DNA of 64,000 nucleotides, from positions 1-64,000 of the forward strand of contig CAXHJY010001675.1 in assembly GCA_964016885.1 (NCBI GenBank), read 5' to 3'. This DNA comes from Eledone cirrhosa. Lineage: Eukaryota. The position numbers were made by a program, and so were the translations under genes. The notes beneath the pieces were generated by a model that worked only from the letters and a program-made list of their open reading frames with translations, was not told the origin of the DNA and did no database searches. Shown piece by piece: positions 1 to 13,212 of the stretch (its first letter is position 1; each line of letters starts with the position of its first letter).

Positions 1-940
1 GTAGTGGACTGAGAACAGAGCCCTGATGGACGCCAACTTTTACGCTAAACTCTTCACTATATTCGTTGTTAATTCTAACCTTGCTGACTGTTTCTTTATA
101 CATGGCTTGTATAGCCCTCACAAGCCATTCGTCAACGCCTAGTTTTCTAAGAGCCCACCAGATAATGGAGCGGGGGACTCTGTCGAAGGCTTTCTCCAAG
201 TCGACAAAAGCTAAGTAGAGAGGGTTTACCTTTAGCTAGGTACTTCTCCTGTAGTTGTCGTACTATGAAAAGAGCGTCTGTGGTACTTTTGCCTGACACA
301 AACCCGAACTGCATTTCATCTAGGTCAATTCTCTCTCTGATTAGTTGCGCTATTACTCTTTCCGTGACCTTCATGACCTGGTCGATTAATTTAATGCCTC
401 TATAGTTACTCCTATCTAGGGCGTCTCCTTTACCCTTATAACAGTTAACGATGATGCTTGCTATGCCAGTCCTTCGGAACAACCCCATTCTGTACGACTT
501 GGTTAACTATGCGGGTGACCATGGTGTGTCCCACCGTGCCAGATGCCTTCAGCATCTCAGCAACTATTTCCGAAGGCCCAGCCGCCTTACCAGTCTTCAT
601 ATCCTTGATTGCCTTACTTATTATACTCCCCTCGACTAACACTGCTGTCCCTCTATTGGGTCGATATGGGGGAGACTGCCTTTCTCCCAATTATTCTCCT
701 CATTAGAAGCCTTTCATAGTGACACTTCCAAGCTACCTTCTTATCAGCGTCGGTGATGGCAAGTGTGCCATCGTCGTTTAGTACACACTTCTCACCCGAC
801 AATATCACGGTTTTCCTTGACGCATTGCCTAGCAATCCTGAACACCTCACGTTTTTGGTCATCGCGTTGTAGAACATGCTTGAACTTTCTTTCCTCAGCT
901 TCCCTTCTTGCTAAGTACACTTGTCTCCTAGCTTCCCTCC
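1..940 (-). mobile_element. RTE-clade LINE fragment (RT region), frameshifted; same family as 13213-16190
   Basis: Translated pieces NCYKGKGDALDRSNYRGIKLIDQVMKV, DEMQFGFVSGKSTTDA and KAAGPSEIVAEMLK are near-identical to the 933-aa ORF; ends at the microsatellite. Confidence 0.93.
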
Positions 941-942
941 TG

Positions 943-975
<33 letters not shown>

Positions 976-1256
976 TGTATATATATGTATATATATATAT
1001 ATACATATATGTATATATATGTATATATTATATATATATACATATATGTATATATATGTATATATATATACATATATGTATATATATGTATATATATATA
1101 TATATACATATATGTATATATATGTATATATATATACATATATGTATATATATGTATATATATATACATATATGTATATATATGTATATATATATATATA
1201 TACATATATGTATATATATGTATATATATATATATATATATATACATATATGTATA

Positions 1257-1294
<38 letters not shown>

Positions 1295-1629
1295 TGTATA
1301 TATATGTATATTTATATATATATATATATATATATACATATATGTATGTATATATATACATATATGTATATATATATATATACATATATGTATGTATATA
1401 TATACATATATGTATGTATATATATACATATATGTATATATATATATATATACATATATGTATGTATATGTATATATATATGTATATATATGTATATATA
1501 TATGTATGTATATATATATATGTATGTATATATATATATGTATGTATATATATATATGTATGTATATATATACATATATGTATGTATATATATACATATA
1601 TGTATATATATATATATATACATATATAT

Positions 1630-2238
1630 GTCAGGTCACCAGTTGGTGCTACTGGTAACATGTATCCCAGTACAACCTGTCTCATGGTCGGGTCGTTGGC
1701 GACTAAACTGGCAACCCACCAAGTTTTCTTGGTGAGGAGGGTGACTTTGGACATCCTGCAGGACTAAAAACAAAACCTCTCAAAGGGCAAAGTAGCTCTT
1801 AAGAGTCAATGGCCATCCAAAATCACTGGGAGAGATGACCCTTAGCCTTTGTCAAGGCAGAATTCTAGGAGAAGGAAAACTCTGATATAACACCTGCAAC
1901 CCTGATGGTATCCAATGATGTTGACTTGTTCTTCTTTTGGTAAATATCATCTTGGTTAAGAGAGTGGGACTGGCTTTGTGCAGTGCCTTGCTCATTATAA
2001 AAGCTTCACGGCACAGGCATTGCTTTATATCTGGAGATCTCTCTGCACTTGTCGTCACATGGTACCATGGGCCCAGCACTATGTGTCAATAATTGTCACA
2101 AGTGTAGTGTTTGTACCAGAGTTTTCAAGTCGCTGGCTGGACTCAAAAGTCACACTCGTTCAGCTCACCGCATCGGTAGGGGTTCTCCTCCATGTATATA
2201 AAGTAGTGGCCGTACTCGAAAACGAGTTGGCAGCCACC
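1630..2238 (+). mobile_element. ~610-bp non-autonomous bipartite RTE-derived element, copy 1
   Basis: Near-identical copy at 62104-62695; GGAGAAGGAAAACTCTG motif recalled from RTE 5' UTRs; 2097-2168 encodes [24 protein letters not shown] (BovB-type terminal C2H2); terminal hairpin CTCG-AAAA-CGAG. Confidence 0.72.
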
Positions 2239-2706
2239 ATATGTATATATATATATACATATATGTATGTATATATATACATATATGTATGTATATATAT
2301 ACGTATATGTATGTATATATATACGTATATGTATGTATATATATACGTATATGTATGTATATATATATACGTATATGTATGTATATATATACGTATATGT
2401 ATGTATATTATATACGTATATGTATGTATATATATACGTATATGTATGTGTATATATATACGTATATGTATGTATATATATACGTATATGTATGTACATA
2501 TATACGTATATGTATGTATATATATACGTATATGTATATATATATATACATGTATATATATATACAGATATATGTATATATATATATATATACAGATATA
2601 TGTATATATATATACATATATGTATATATATACATATATGTATATATATACATATATGTATATATATATATATATATATATACATATATGTATGTATATG
2701 TATATG

Positions 2707-2755
<49 letters not shown>

Positions 2756-2776
2756 GTATATATATATACATATATG

Positions 2777-2812
<36 letters not shown>

Positions 2813-2929
2813 TATATACATATATGTATATATATTTATATATACATATATGTATATATATGTATATATACATATATGTATATATATTTATATATAATAT
2901 ATGTATATATATTTATATATACATATATG

Positions 2930-2963
<34 letters not shown>

Positions 2964-3180
2964 TATATACATATATGTATATATATTTATATATACATAT
3001 ATGTATATATATGTATATATACATATATGTATATATATTTATATATACATATATGTATATATATTTTTATATATACATATATGTATATATATTTATATAT
3101 ACATATATGTATATATATATATATATACATATATGTATATATACATATATGTATATATATATATATATATTACATATATG

Positions 3181-3214
<34 letters not shown>

Positions 3215-3224
3215 TACATATATG

Positions 3225-3258
<34 letters not shown>

Positions 3259-3310
3259 TACATATATGTATATATATATATATTGTATATATATATATAT
3301 ATATATATGT

Positions 3311-3345
<35 letters not shown>

Positions 3346-3346
3346 G

Positions 3347-3381
<35 letters not shown>

Positions 3382-3390
3382 GTATATATG

Positions 3391-3485
<95 letters not shown>

Positions 3486-3493
3486 GTATATAT

Positions 3494-3878
3494 AAAATAA
3501 AGATAAATAAAAGTCAAATGATTAAAATTTAGCTTCGTTTATTACTGCTATATATATTTCAGTGACAGCCATCTTTGGCTGTGACCCTTCAGGCAGTTTG
3601 AATTAGTATGGTATAGACAAGTACATTGTTGTTTAGGTGTATGATATTGTCAATACTCTGATATGCCCAGTTCCTTGTTGGGTTTGTTAATTCACTGGGG
3701 AACTGAGTCATATAGTATTGACAATATCATACACCTAAACAACATATGTACTTGTCTATACCATACTAATTCAAACTGCCTGAAGGGTCACAGCCAAAGA
3801 TGGCTGTCACTGAAATATATATAGCAGTAATAAACGAAGCTAAATTTTAATCATTTGACTTTTATTTATCTTTATTTA
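3494..3878. repeat. Long inverted repeat (arms ~3494-3675 and ~3699-3878), probable Penelope-like pLTR remnant
   Basis: Arms are near-exact reverse complements, e.g. AAAAGTCAAATGATTAAAATTTAGCTTCG / CGAAGCTAAATTTTAATCATTTGACTTTT; each carries a hammerhead-like motif. Confidence 0.9.
3775..3828 (+). ncRNA. Type I minimal hammerhead-like motif with deviant core (mirror copy at 3544-3597, minus)
   Basis: ACTGC-CTGAAGG-GTCACAGCC(aaagat)GGCTGTCAC-T-GAAA-TATATA-TA-GCAGT; helix I ACTGC/GCAGT; A9 replaced or missing. Confidence 0.6.
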
Positions 3879-3981
3879 CACTACTCCGGAGTAACCAAAC
3901 CAACCTGGCGCACTTCGTCGAGTGCTCCAGCCTGCATACTGAGGTGTTGGTATACAACCAACATAAACTCAAATCTATATG

Positions 3982-4037
<56 letters not shown>

Positions 4038-4067
4038 TATACATATATGTATATATATATGTATATG

Positions 4068-4101
<34 letters not shown>

Positions 4102-4334
4102 TGTATATATAATATATATATGTATATATATATATATATGTATATATATATACATATATGTATATATATATATATATATATACATATATGTATATATAAA
4201 TATATATACATATATTATATATACATATATATACATATATGTATATATAAATATATATACATATATTATAATGTATATATACATATATATACATATATGT
4301 ATATATAAATATATATACATATATGTATTATATA

Positions 4335-4368
<34 letters not shown>

Positions 4369-4525
4369 CATATATATATATATGTATATACATATATACA
4401 TATATCTGTATATATATATATATACATATATCTGTATATATATATATACATATACGTATATATGTACATACATATACGTATATATATACATATATACATA
4501 TATATATATGTATATTATATATATG

Positions 4526-4630
<105 letters not shown>

Positions 4631-4636
4631 TATATG

Positions 4637-4687
<51 letters not shown>

Positions 4688-4731
4688 GTATTATATATAT
4701 ATGTATATATATATATATATGTATATATATG

Positions 4732-4866
<135 letters not shown>

Positions 4867-5071
4867 GTATATATATATATATGTATATATATATGTATAT
4901 ATACATATATGTATATATATATGTATATATACATATATGTATATATATATATATATACATATATGTATATATATATATATATACATATATGTATATATAT
5001 ATGTATATATACATATATGTATATATATATATATACATATATGTATATATATATATATATATACATATATG

Positions 5072-5105
<34 letters not shown>

Positions 5106-5143
5106 TACATATATGTATATATGTATATATATATATATAAATG

Positions 5144-5175
<32 letters not shown>

Positions 5176-5227
5176 TGTATATATATATATATACATATAT
5201 GTATATATATATATATATACATATATG

Positions 5228-5263
<36 letters not shown>

Positions 5264-5417
5264 TATATGTATATATATATACATATATGTATATATATAT
5301 ATACATATATGTATATATATATATATATATATACATATATGTATATATATATATACATATATGTATATATATATATATATATATATACATATATGTATAT
5401 ATATATATATATATATA

Positions 5418-5514
<97 letters not shown>

Positions 5515-5563
5515 GTGTATATATATATATATATATATACATATGTGTATATATATATATATA

Positions 5564-5597
<34 letters not shown>

Positions 5598-5640
5598 CAT
5601 GTGTTATATATATATATATGTGTATATATATATATATATA

Positions 5641-5677
<37 letters not shown>

Positions 5678-5704
5678 GTGTATATATATGTGTATATATA
5701 TATG

Positions 5705-5776
<72 letters not shown>

Positions 5777-6119
5777 CATATATGTATATATATATATATA
5801 CATATATGTATATATATATATATACATATATGTATATATATATATATACATATATGTATATATATATATATATACATATATGTATATATATATATATACA
5901 TATATGTATATATATATATATATATACATATATGTATATATATATATATATATACATATATGTATATATATATATACATATATGTATATATATATATGTA
6001 TACATATATGTATATATATATATATATAAATGTAAGTATGCATGTATACGTACATACATATATATATACAGACGTACAGTAGCATGCACATATATATATA
6101 TATATACATATATATATAC

Positions 6120-6151
<32 letters not shown>

Positions 6152-6274
6152 TATATATATACATATATGTATATATATATATATATATACATATATGTAT
6201 ATATATATATACATATATGTATATATATATATATATATATATCATATATCTATATATATATATATACATATATC

Positions 6275-6342
<68 letters not shown>

Positions 6343-6370
6343 CATATATCTATATATATATACATATATC

Positions 6371-6446
<76 letters not shown>

Positions 6447-6717
6447 TCTATATCATATATATATATATATACATATATGTATATATATATATACATATAT
6501 GTATATATATATATACATATATGTATATATATATATATATACATATATGTATATATATATATATATATATATACATATATCTATATATATATATATATAC
6601 ATATATCATTTTGTTTCAATTATATATATATAACATATATCTATATATATGTATATATATACATATATCTATATATATATATATACATATATCTATATAT
6701 ATATATATACATATATC

Positions 6718-6749
<32 letters not shown>

Positions 6750-7046
6750 TGTATATATATATATATATATACATATATGTATCTATATATATACATATAT
6801 GTATATATATATATATACATATATGTATATATATATATATATATATATACATATATGTATATATATATATATATAATATACATATATCTATATATATATA
6901 TATATATACATATATCTATATATATATATATACATATATCTATATATATATATATATACATATATCTATATATATATATATACATGTATATATATTTATG
7001 TATATATATATACATATATGTATATATATATATATATACATATATG

Positions 7047-7077
<31 letters not shown>

Positions 7078-7173
7078 CATATATATACATATACATATAT
7101 ATACATATACATATATATACATATATATACATATATATATATATACATATATATACATATACATATATATACA

Positions 7174-7235
<62 letters not shown>

Positions 7236-7281
7236 GACATATATATATATATACATATATATACATATACATATATATACA

Positions 7282-7339
<58 letters not shown>

Positions 7340-7344
7340 CATAT

Positions 7345-7937
7345 ATGCGCATGAAAGTCGATAGCTGTATAACAAAGTGCAGGGCAATAAAGATAGACGG
7401 TAGTCACGGAATAGGCAGACCTAGAAAAACCTGGGACGAGCTGATAAACTCCGACATCACACACTTACACCTCTCCAAGACAATGTCACTGGACCGAGAC
7501 CTTTGGCGGTACTCAGTAACAGAGAAGACCCGCCTTACCTAAATATATAGTAAAACCCTACTCCAGCCAGTAGGCATCTCTAACAAAATACACCCCGTCC
7601 ACCACCACCACCCCCACCCCGTCCACACCACCCCGTTCTATGTAAAGTTATGTTGGTGCGGCGCCATCGAGGCCGAAACAAATGAGATCGTGTAGGTGTC
7701 ACGACAAAAAACACACAGTCCACGCTGTAATGTGGCGTGTAGGCAACACGGTAAAAGCTCCCAGACCCACACTGTAAATGTGGTTGGTGTCAGGAAGGGC
7801 ATCCAACTGTAGAAAACCTGCCAGACAGTCCTATGCGAGCAAGACAATCACTCTTGCCTCAAGTGGGACTACCCCCGTCCAAACCCATGCAAGCGTGGAA
7901 CACGGACGTTAACGTTGATGATGATGATGATGATGAT
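7345..7937 (+). mobile_element. RTE LINE 3' end with 3' UTR and (GAT)n tail
   Basis: [30 protein letters not shown]...KTRLT-stop, then shared UTR (GGAAGGGCATCCA) and GATGATGAT tail. Confidence 0.9.
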
Positions 7938-8004
7938 ATGTATATATATATATATATATATACATATATGTATATATATATATATATACATATATGTATA
8001 TACA

Positions 8005-8047
<43 letters not shown>

Positions 8048-8085
8048 CATACATATATGTATATATATATATATACATATATGTA

Positions 8086-8123
<38 letters not shown>

Positions 8124-8215
8124 CATATATGTATACATATATATATATATATACATATATGTATATATATATATATACATATATGTATATATATATATAT
8201 ACATATATATATATA

Positions 8216-8316
<101 letters not shown>

Positions 8317-8340
8317 CATATATGTATATATATATATACA

Positions 8341-8395
<55 letters not shown>

Positions 8396-8490
8396 ATATA
8401 TATATGTATATATGTATATATGTATATGTATATATGTATATATATATATATATATAAATGTATATGTATATATGTATATATATATATACA

Positions 8491-8570
<80 letters not shown>

Positions 8571-8713
8571 TGTATATATATATATATATATATATACATA
8601 TATGTATATATATGTATATATATATATATGTATACATATATGTATATATATGTATATATATATATATATATATACATATATGTATATAATGTATATATAT
8701 ATATATATGTATA

Positions 8714-8881
<168 letters not shown>

Positions 8882-8883
8882 TG

Positions 8884-8954
<71 letters not shown>

Positions 8955-8957
8955 TAT

Positions 8958-9025
<68 letters not shown>

Positions 9026-9027
9026 CA

Positions 9028-9120
<93 letters not shown>

Positions 9121-9154
9121 TATATACATATATATACATATATATATATATACA

Positions 9155-9215
<61 letters not shown>

Positions 9216-9222
9216 GTATACA

Positions 9223-9292
<70 letters not shown>

Positions 9293-9462
9293 CATATATG
9301 TATATATATATATATATATATAATGTATATATATATATTATATGTATATATATATATGTATAATATATATATATGTATATATAGTATATGTATAATATAT
9401 ATATATATATGTATATATATGTATATGTATATATAAATATGTATATGTATATGTATATATAT

Positions 9463-9559
<97 letters not shown>

Positions 9560-9582
9560 TTATATGTATACATATATGTATA

Positions 9583-9746
<164 letters not shown>

Positions 9747-9866
9747 TATATATGTATACATATATGTATATATATATATAATATTTATATGTATACATAT
9801 ATGTATTATATTATATATGTATACATATATGTATATATATATATATATGTATATGTGTATATATAT

Positions 9867-9922
<56 letters not shown>

Positions 9923-10206
9923 GTATATATACATATATATATGTATATATATATATATGTATATATACATATATGTATGTATATATATATATATGTATAT
10001 ATACATATATGTATGTATATATATATATATGTATATATACATATATGTATGTATATATATATATATGTATATATAATATACATATATGTATGTATATATA
10101 TATATGTATATATATATACATATATGTATGTATATATATATATGTTATATATGTCCACCCTTGCAAGCAGGGAAAAGCGGACGTAAAATGATGATGATGA
10201 TGATGA

Positions 10207-10248
<42 letters not shown>

Positions 10249-10534
10249 ATATATATATATATATGTATACATATATGTATATATATATATACATATATGT
10301 ATATATATATATACATATATGTATATATACATATATGTATATATATATATACATATATGTATATATTATATATATATATATGTATGTATATATATGTATA
10401 TATATGTATGTATATATATGTATATATATGTATGTATATATATGTATACATATATGTATATATATACATATATGTATATATATATATACATATATGTATA
10501 TATACATATATGTATATATATATATACATATATG

Positions 10535-10570
<36 letters not shown>

Positions 10571-11265
10571 CATATATGTATATATATATATACATATATG
10601 TATATATACATATATGTATATATATATATACATATATGTATATATATATATATATATACATATATGTATATATACATATATGTATATATATATATACATA
10701 TATGTATATATATATATATATATATACATATATGTATATATACATATATGTATATATATATATACATATATGTATATATATATATATATATATACATATA
10801 TGTATATATATATATACATATATGTATATATATTATATATATATACATATATGTATATATATATATATACATTTATGTATATATATATATATACATATAT
10901 GTATATATATATATACTATATACATATATGTATATATATATATATACATATATGTATATATATATATATACATATATGTATATATATATATATATATATA
11001 CATATATGTATAATATATATATACATATATGTATATATATATATACCAATATTGTATATATATATATATATATACATATATGTATATATATATATATATA
11101 TACATATATGTATATATATATATACATATATGTATATATATATATATATATACATATATGTATATATATATATACATATATGTATATATATACATACATA
11201 TATGTATATATATATATACATATATGTATATATATACATATATGTATATATATATCATATATGTA

Positions 11266-11310
<45 letters not shown>

Positions 11311-11422
11311 GTATATATACATATATGTATATATATAACAAGTTTGCAAATATAAAAAGTTTGCAATAATGAAAAAAGTATAAAAATAAAATATTTAAAA
11401 ATTGACTTTACCTACTATGGTT

Positions 11423-11504
11423 ACCTTTACCGATCGTTTCGAATCCCAAAAATAAAACGGAGACCATACGGCCTTCGTTGCAAGAAAGATTCTCGTCAGA
11501 AGGT
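11423..11504 (-). ncRNA. Intact type I hammerhead ribozyme (Penelope-like retroelement type)
   Basis: Minus strand: ACCTT-CTGACGA-GAATC...GATTC-GAAA-C-GATCG-GTA-AAGGT; canonical CUGANGA/GAAA core, perfect 5-bp helices I and II, GUA triplet, palindromic CGATCG in helix III. Confidence 0.88.
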
Positions 11505-11896
11505 TCTTTTCATTCAAAGAATATAAAATTCCTGAATTTAAATCCAACTAGCGCTATCAAAACTGTTCCTGGGATAAGAGTGGATGAAGAAACAGGTTTA
11601 TCACGGGCCGTAGCAAAGATAGAGGCAAAAGGAGGTAGGTCAAACCAGCCACAGCTATTGCTGGCAGCAGTCAGAACGACCAGTTTCGTTCTCAACATTA
11701 GAGGAGGTAGTAGTAATAGGATATACGTTCCTTCACGCACAAGGCGCGAAGGTACGCATGTATTGTCCAACCAAATGCCAGTGTGGTTCAATGGCGGGTT
11801 AATAAATTAACGAGCCAGAACAAATATAAACAAGGTTTAGCAAATAATGAAAAAGTTTCAAAATTTATATATACATATATGTATATATATATATAT

Positions 11897-12372
11897 ATGC
11901 ATACGAACAGCAATGTTGCATGGCAGTGAGACCTGGGCATTGTGTGCAGAGGATATACGCAGACTAGAGAGGAACGAAGCTTGCATGCTCCGCTGGATGT
12001 GTAACAGTAATATACGTGAACGGCAAAGCATAAACGAACTAAGGAAAAAATTAGAAATAAGAGGGATCAGATGTTGTTTACTCGAGAGAAGGCTACGTTG
12101 GTATGGACACGTGATGCGCATGAAAGTCGATAGCTGTATAACAAAGTGCAGGGCAATAAAGATAGACGGTAGCCACGGAATAGGCAGACCTAGAAAAACC
12201 TGGGACAAGCTGATAAACTCCGACCTCACACACTTACACCTCTCCAAGACAATGTCACTGGACCGAGACCTTTGGCGGTACTCAGTAACAGAGACGACCC
12301 GCCTTACCTAAATACATAGTAAAACCTACTACAGCCAGTAGGCATCTCTAACAAAATACCCCCCGTCCCAAC
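11897..12372 (+). mobile_element. RTE LINE 3' coding fragment
   Basis: CIRTAMLHGSETWAL...LRWYGHVMRM...GRPRKTW. Confidence 0.92.
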
Positions 12373-12382
12373 CCAGTGAAAG

Positions 12383-12685
12383 TATAAAGAAAAAGAGATG
12401 AAATCGAAAATGCAACTGGAGTCTTATTTTTTTTTTAAATATATATATTTATTTGGTTCCTTTACCGGTTTCGCAGTTCTTCTGCTTTTCAAAAGGTGAG
12501 TTGAGATGGAGGGTCTGTGGTTTTTCTCACATCAGATGTGAGAAAAACCACAGACCCTCCATCTCAACTCACTTTTTGAAAAGCAGAAGAACTGCGAAAC
12601 CGGTAAAGGAACCAAATAAATATATATATTTTTTTAAAAAATAAGACTCCAGTTGCATTTTCGATTTCATCTCTTTTTCTTTATA
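12383..12685. repeat. ~300-bp near-perfect palindrome (1-nt spacer at 12534), probable Penelope-like pLTR remnant
   Basis: Centre TTTCTCACATC-A-GATGTGAGAAA; arms complementary out to TATAAAGAAAAAGAG / CTCTTTTTCTTTATA. Confidence 0.95.
12572..12609 (+). ncRNA. Minimal hammerhead ribozyme, U3-A8 core variant (mirror copy at 12459-12496, minus)
   Basis: C(C/T)TT-TTGAAAA-GCAG(aagaa)CTGC-GAAA-CCGG-TA-AAGG; helices I and II pair; palindromic CCGG loop III. Confidence 0.78.
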
Positions 12686-12752
12686 TATGTATATATATAT
12701 ATATATATACATATATGTATATACATATATGTATATACATATATGTATATAC

Positions 12753-12796
<44 letters not shown>

Positions 12797-12814
12797 GTAT
12801 ATATATACATATAT

Positions 12815-13135
12815 GTCATCATCATCATCATCATCATCACCGATTTACGTCCGTTCTTCCACGCTAGCATGGGTTAGACGGGTTGTCCTGTTGTGGGCAG
12901 TGTCTGGTCGGCTGACCATGCCTTGCTCATACAGGAACTGATCTGGCTTGATTTCTACAGCTGGATGCCCTTCCTAACACCAACCTCATTTACAGTGAGT
13001 GCTGGGTGCTTTTTCGTGGCGCCTACACGTCCACTTTACAGTGTGGGCTGGGTGCTTTTTTGCCGTGGCACCTCCACGACCACCTTGCGGTGGGGGGGGG
13101 GGGGGGGCATATTGTTTATATGCTTCAGCATGTAC
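12815..13135 (-). mobile_element. RTE-type 3' UTR/SINE tail with (GAT)n
   Basis: (CAT)n on plus strand followed by the reverse complement of the shared UTR (GGATGCCCTTCCTAACACCAAC). Confidence 0.8.
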
Positions 13136-13157
13136 CCATGGGAGGTCGGGTACCCTG

Positions 13158-13191
<34 letters not shown>

Positions 13192-13212
13192 TATGTATAT
13201 ATACTTTTTTAT

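Noticed and set aside
1639-1712. HDV-like or twister ribozyme call for the 5' structure
   Set aside because: A P4-like hairpin, CTAA and a P2-like pairing are present, but P1, P3 and L3 could not be assigned; kept only as an unclassified structure.
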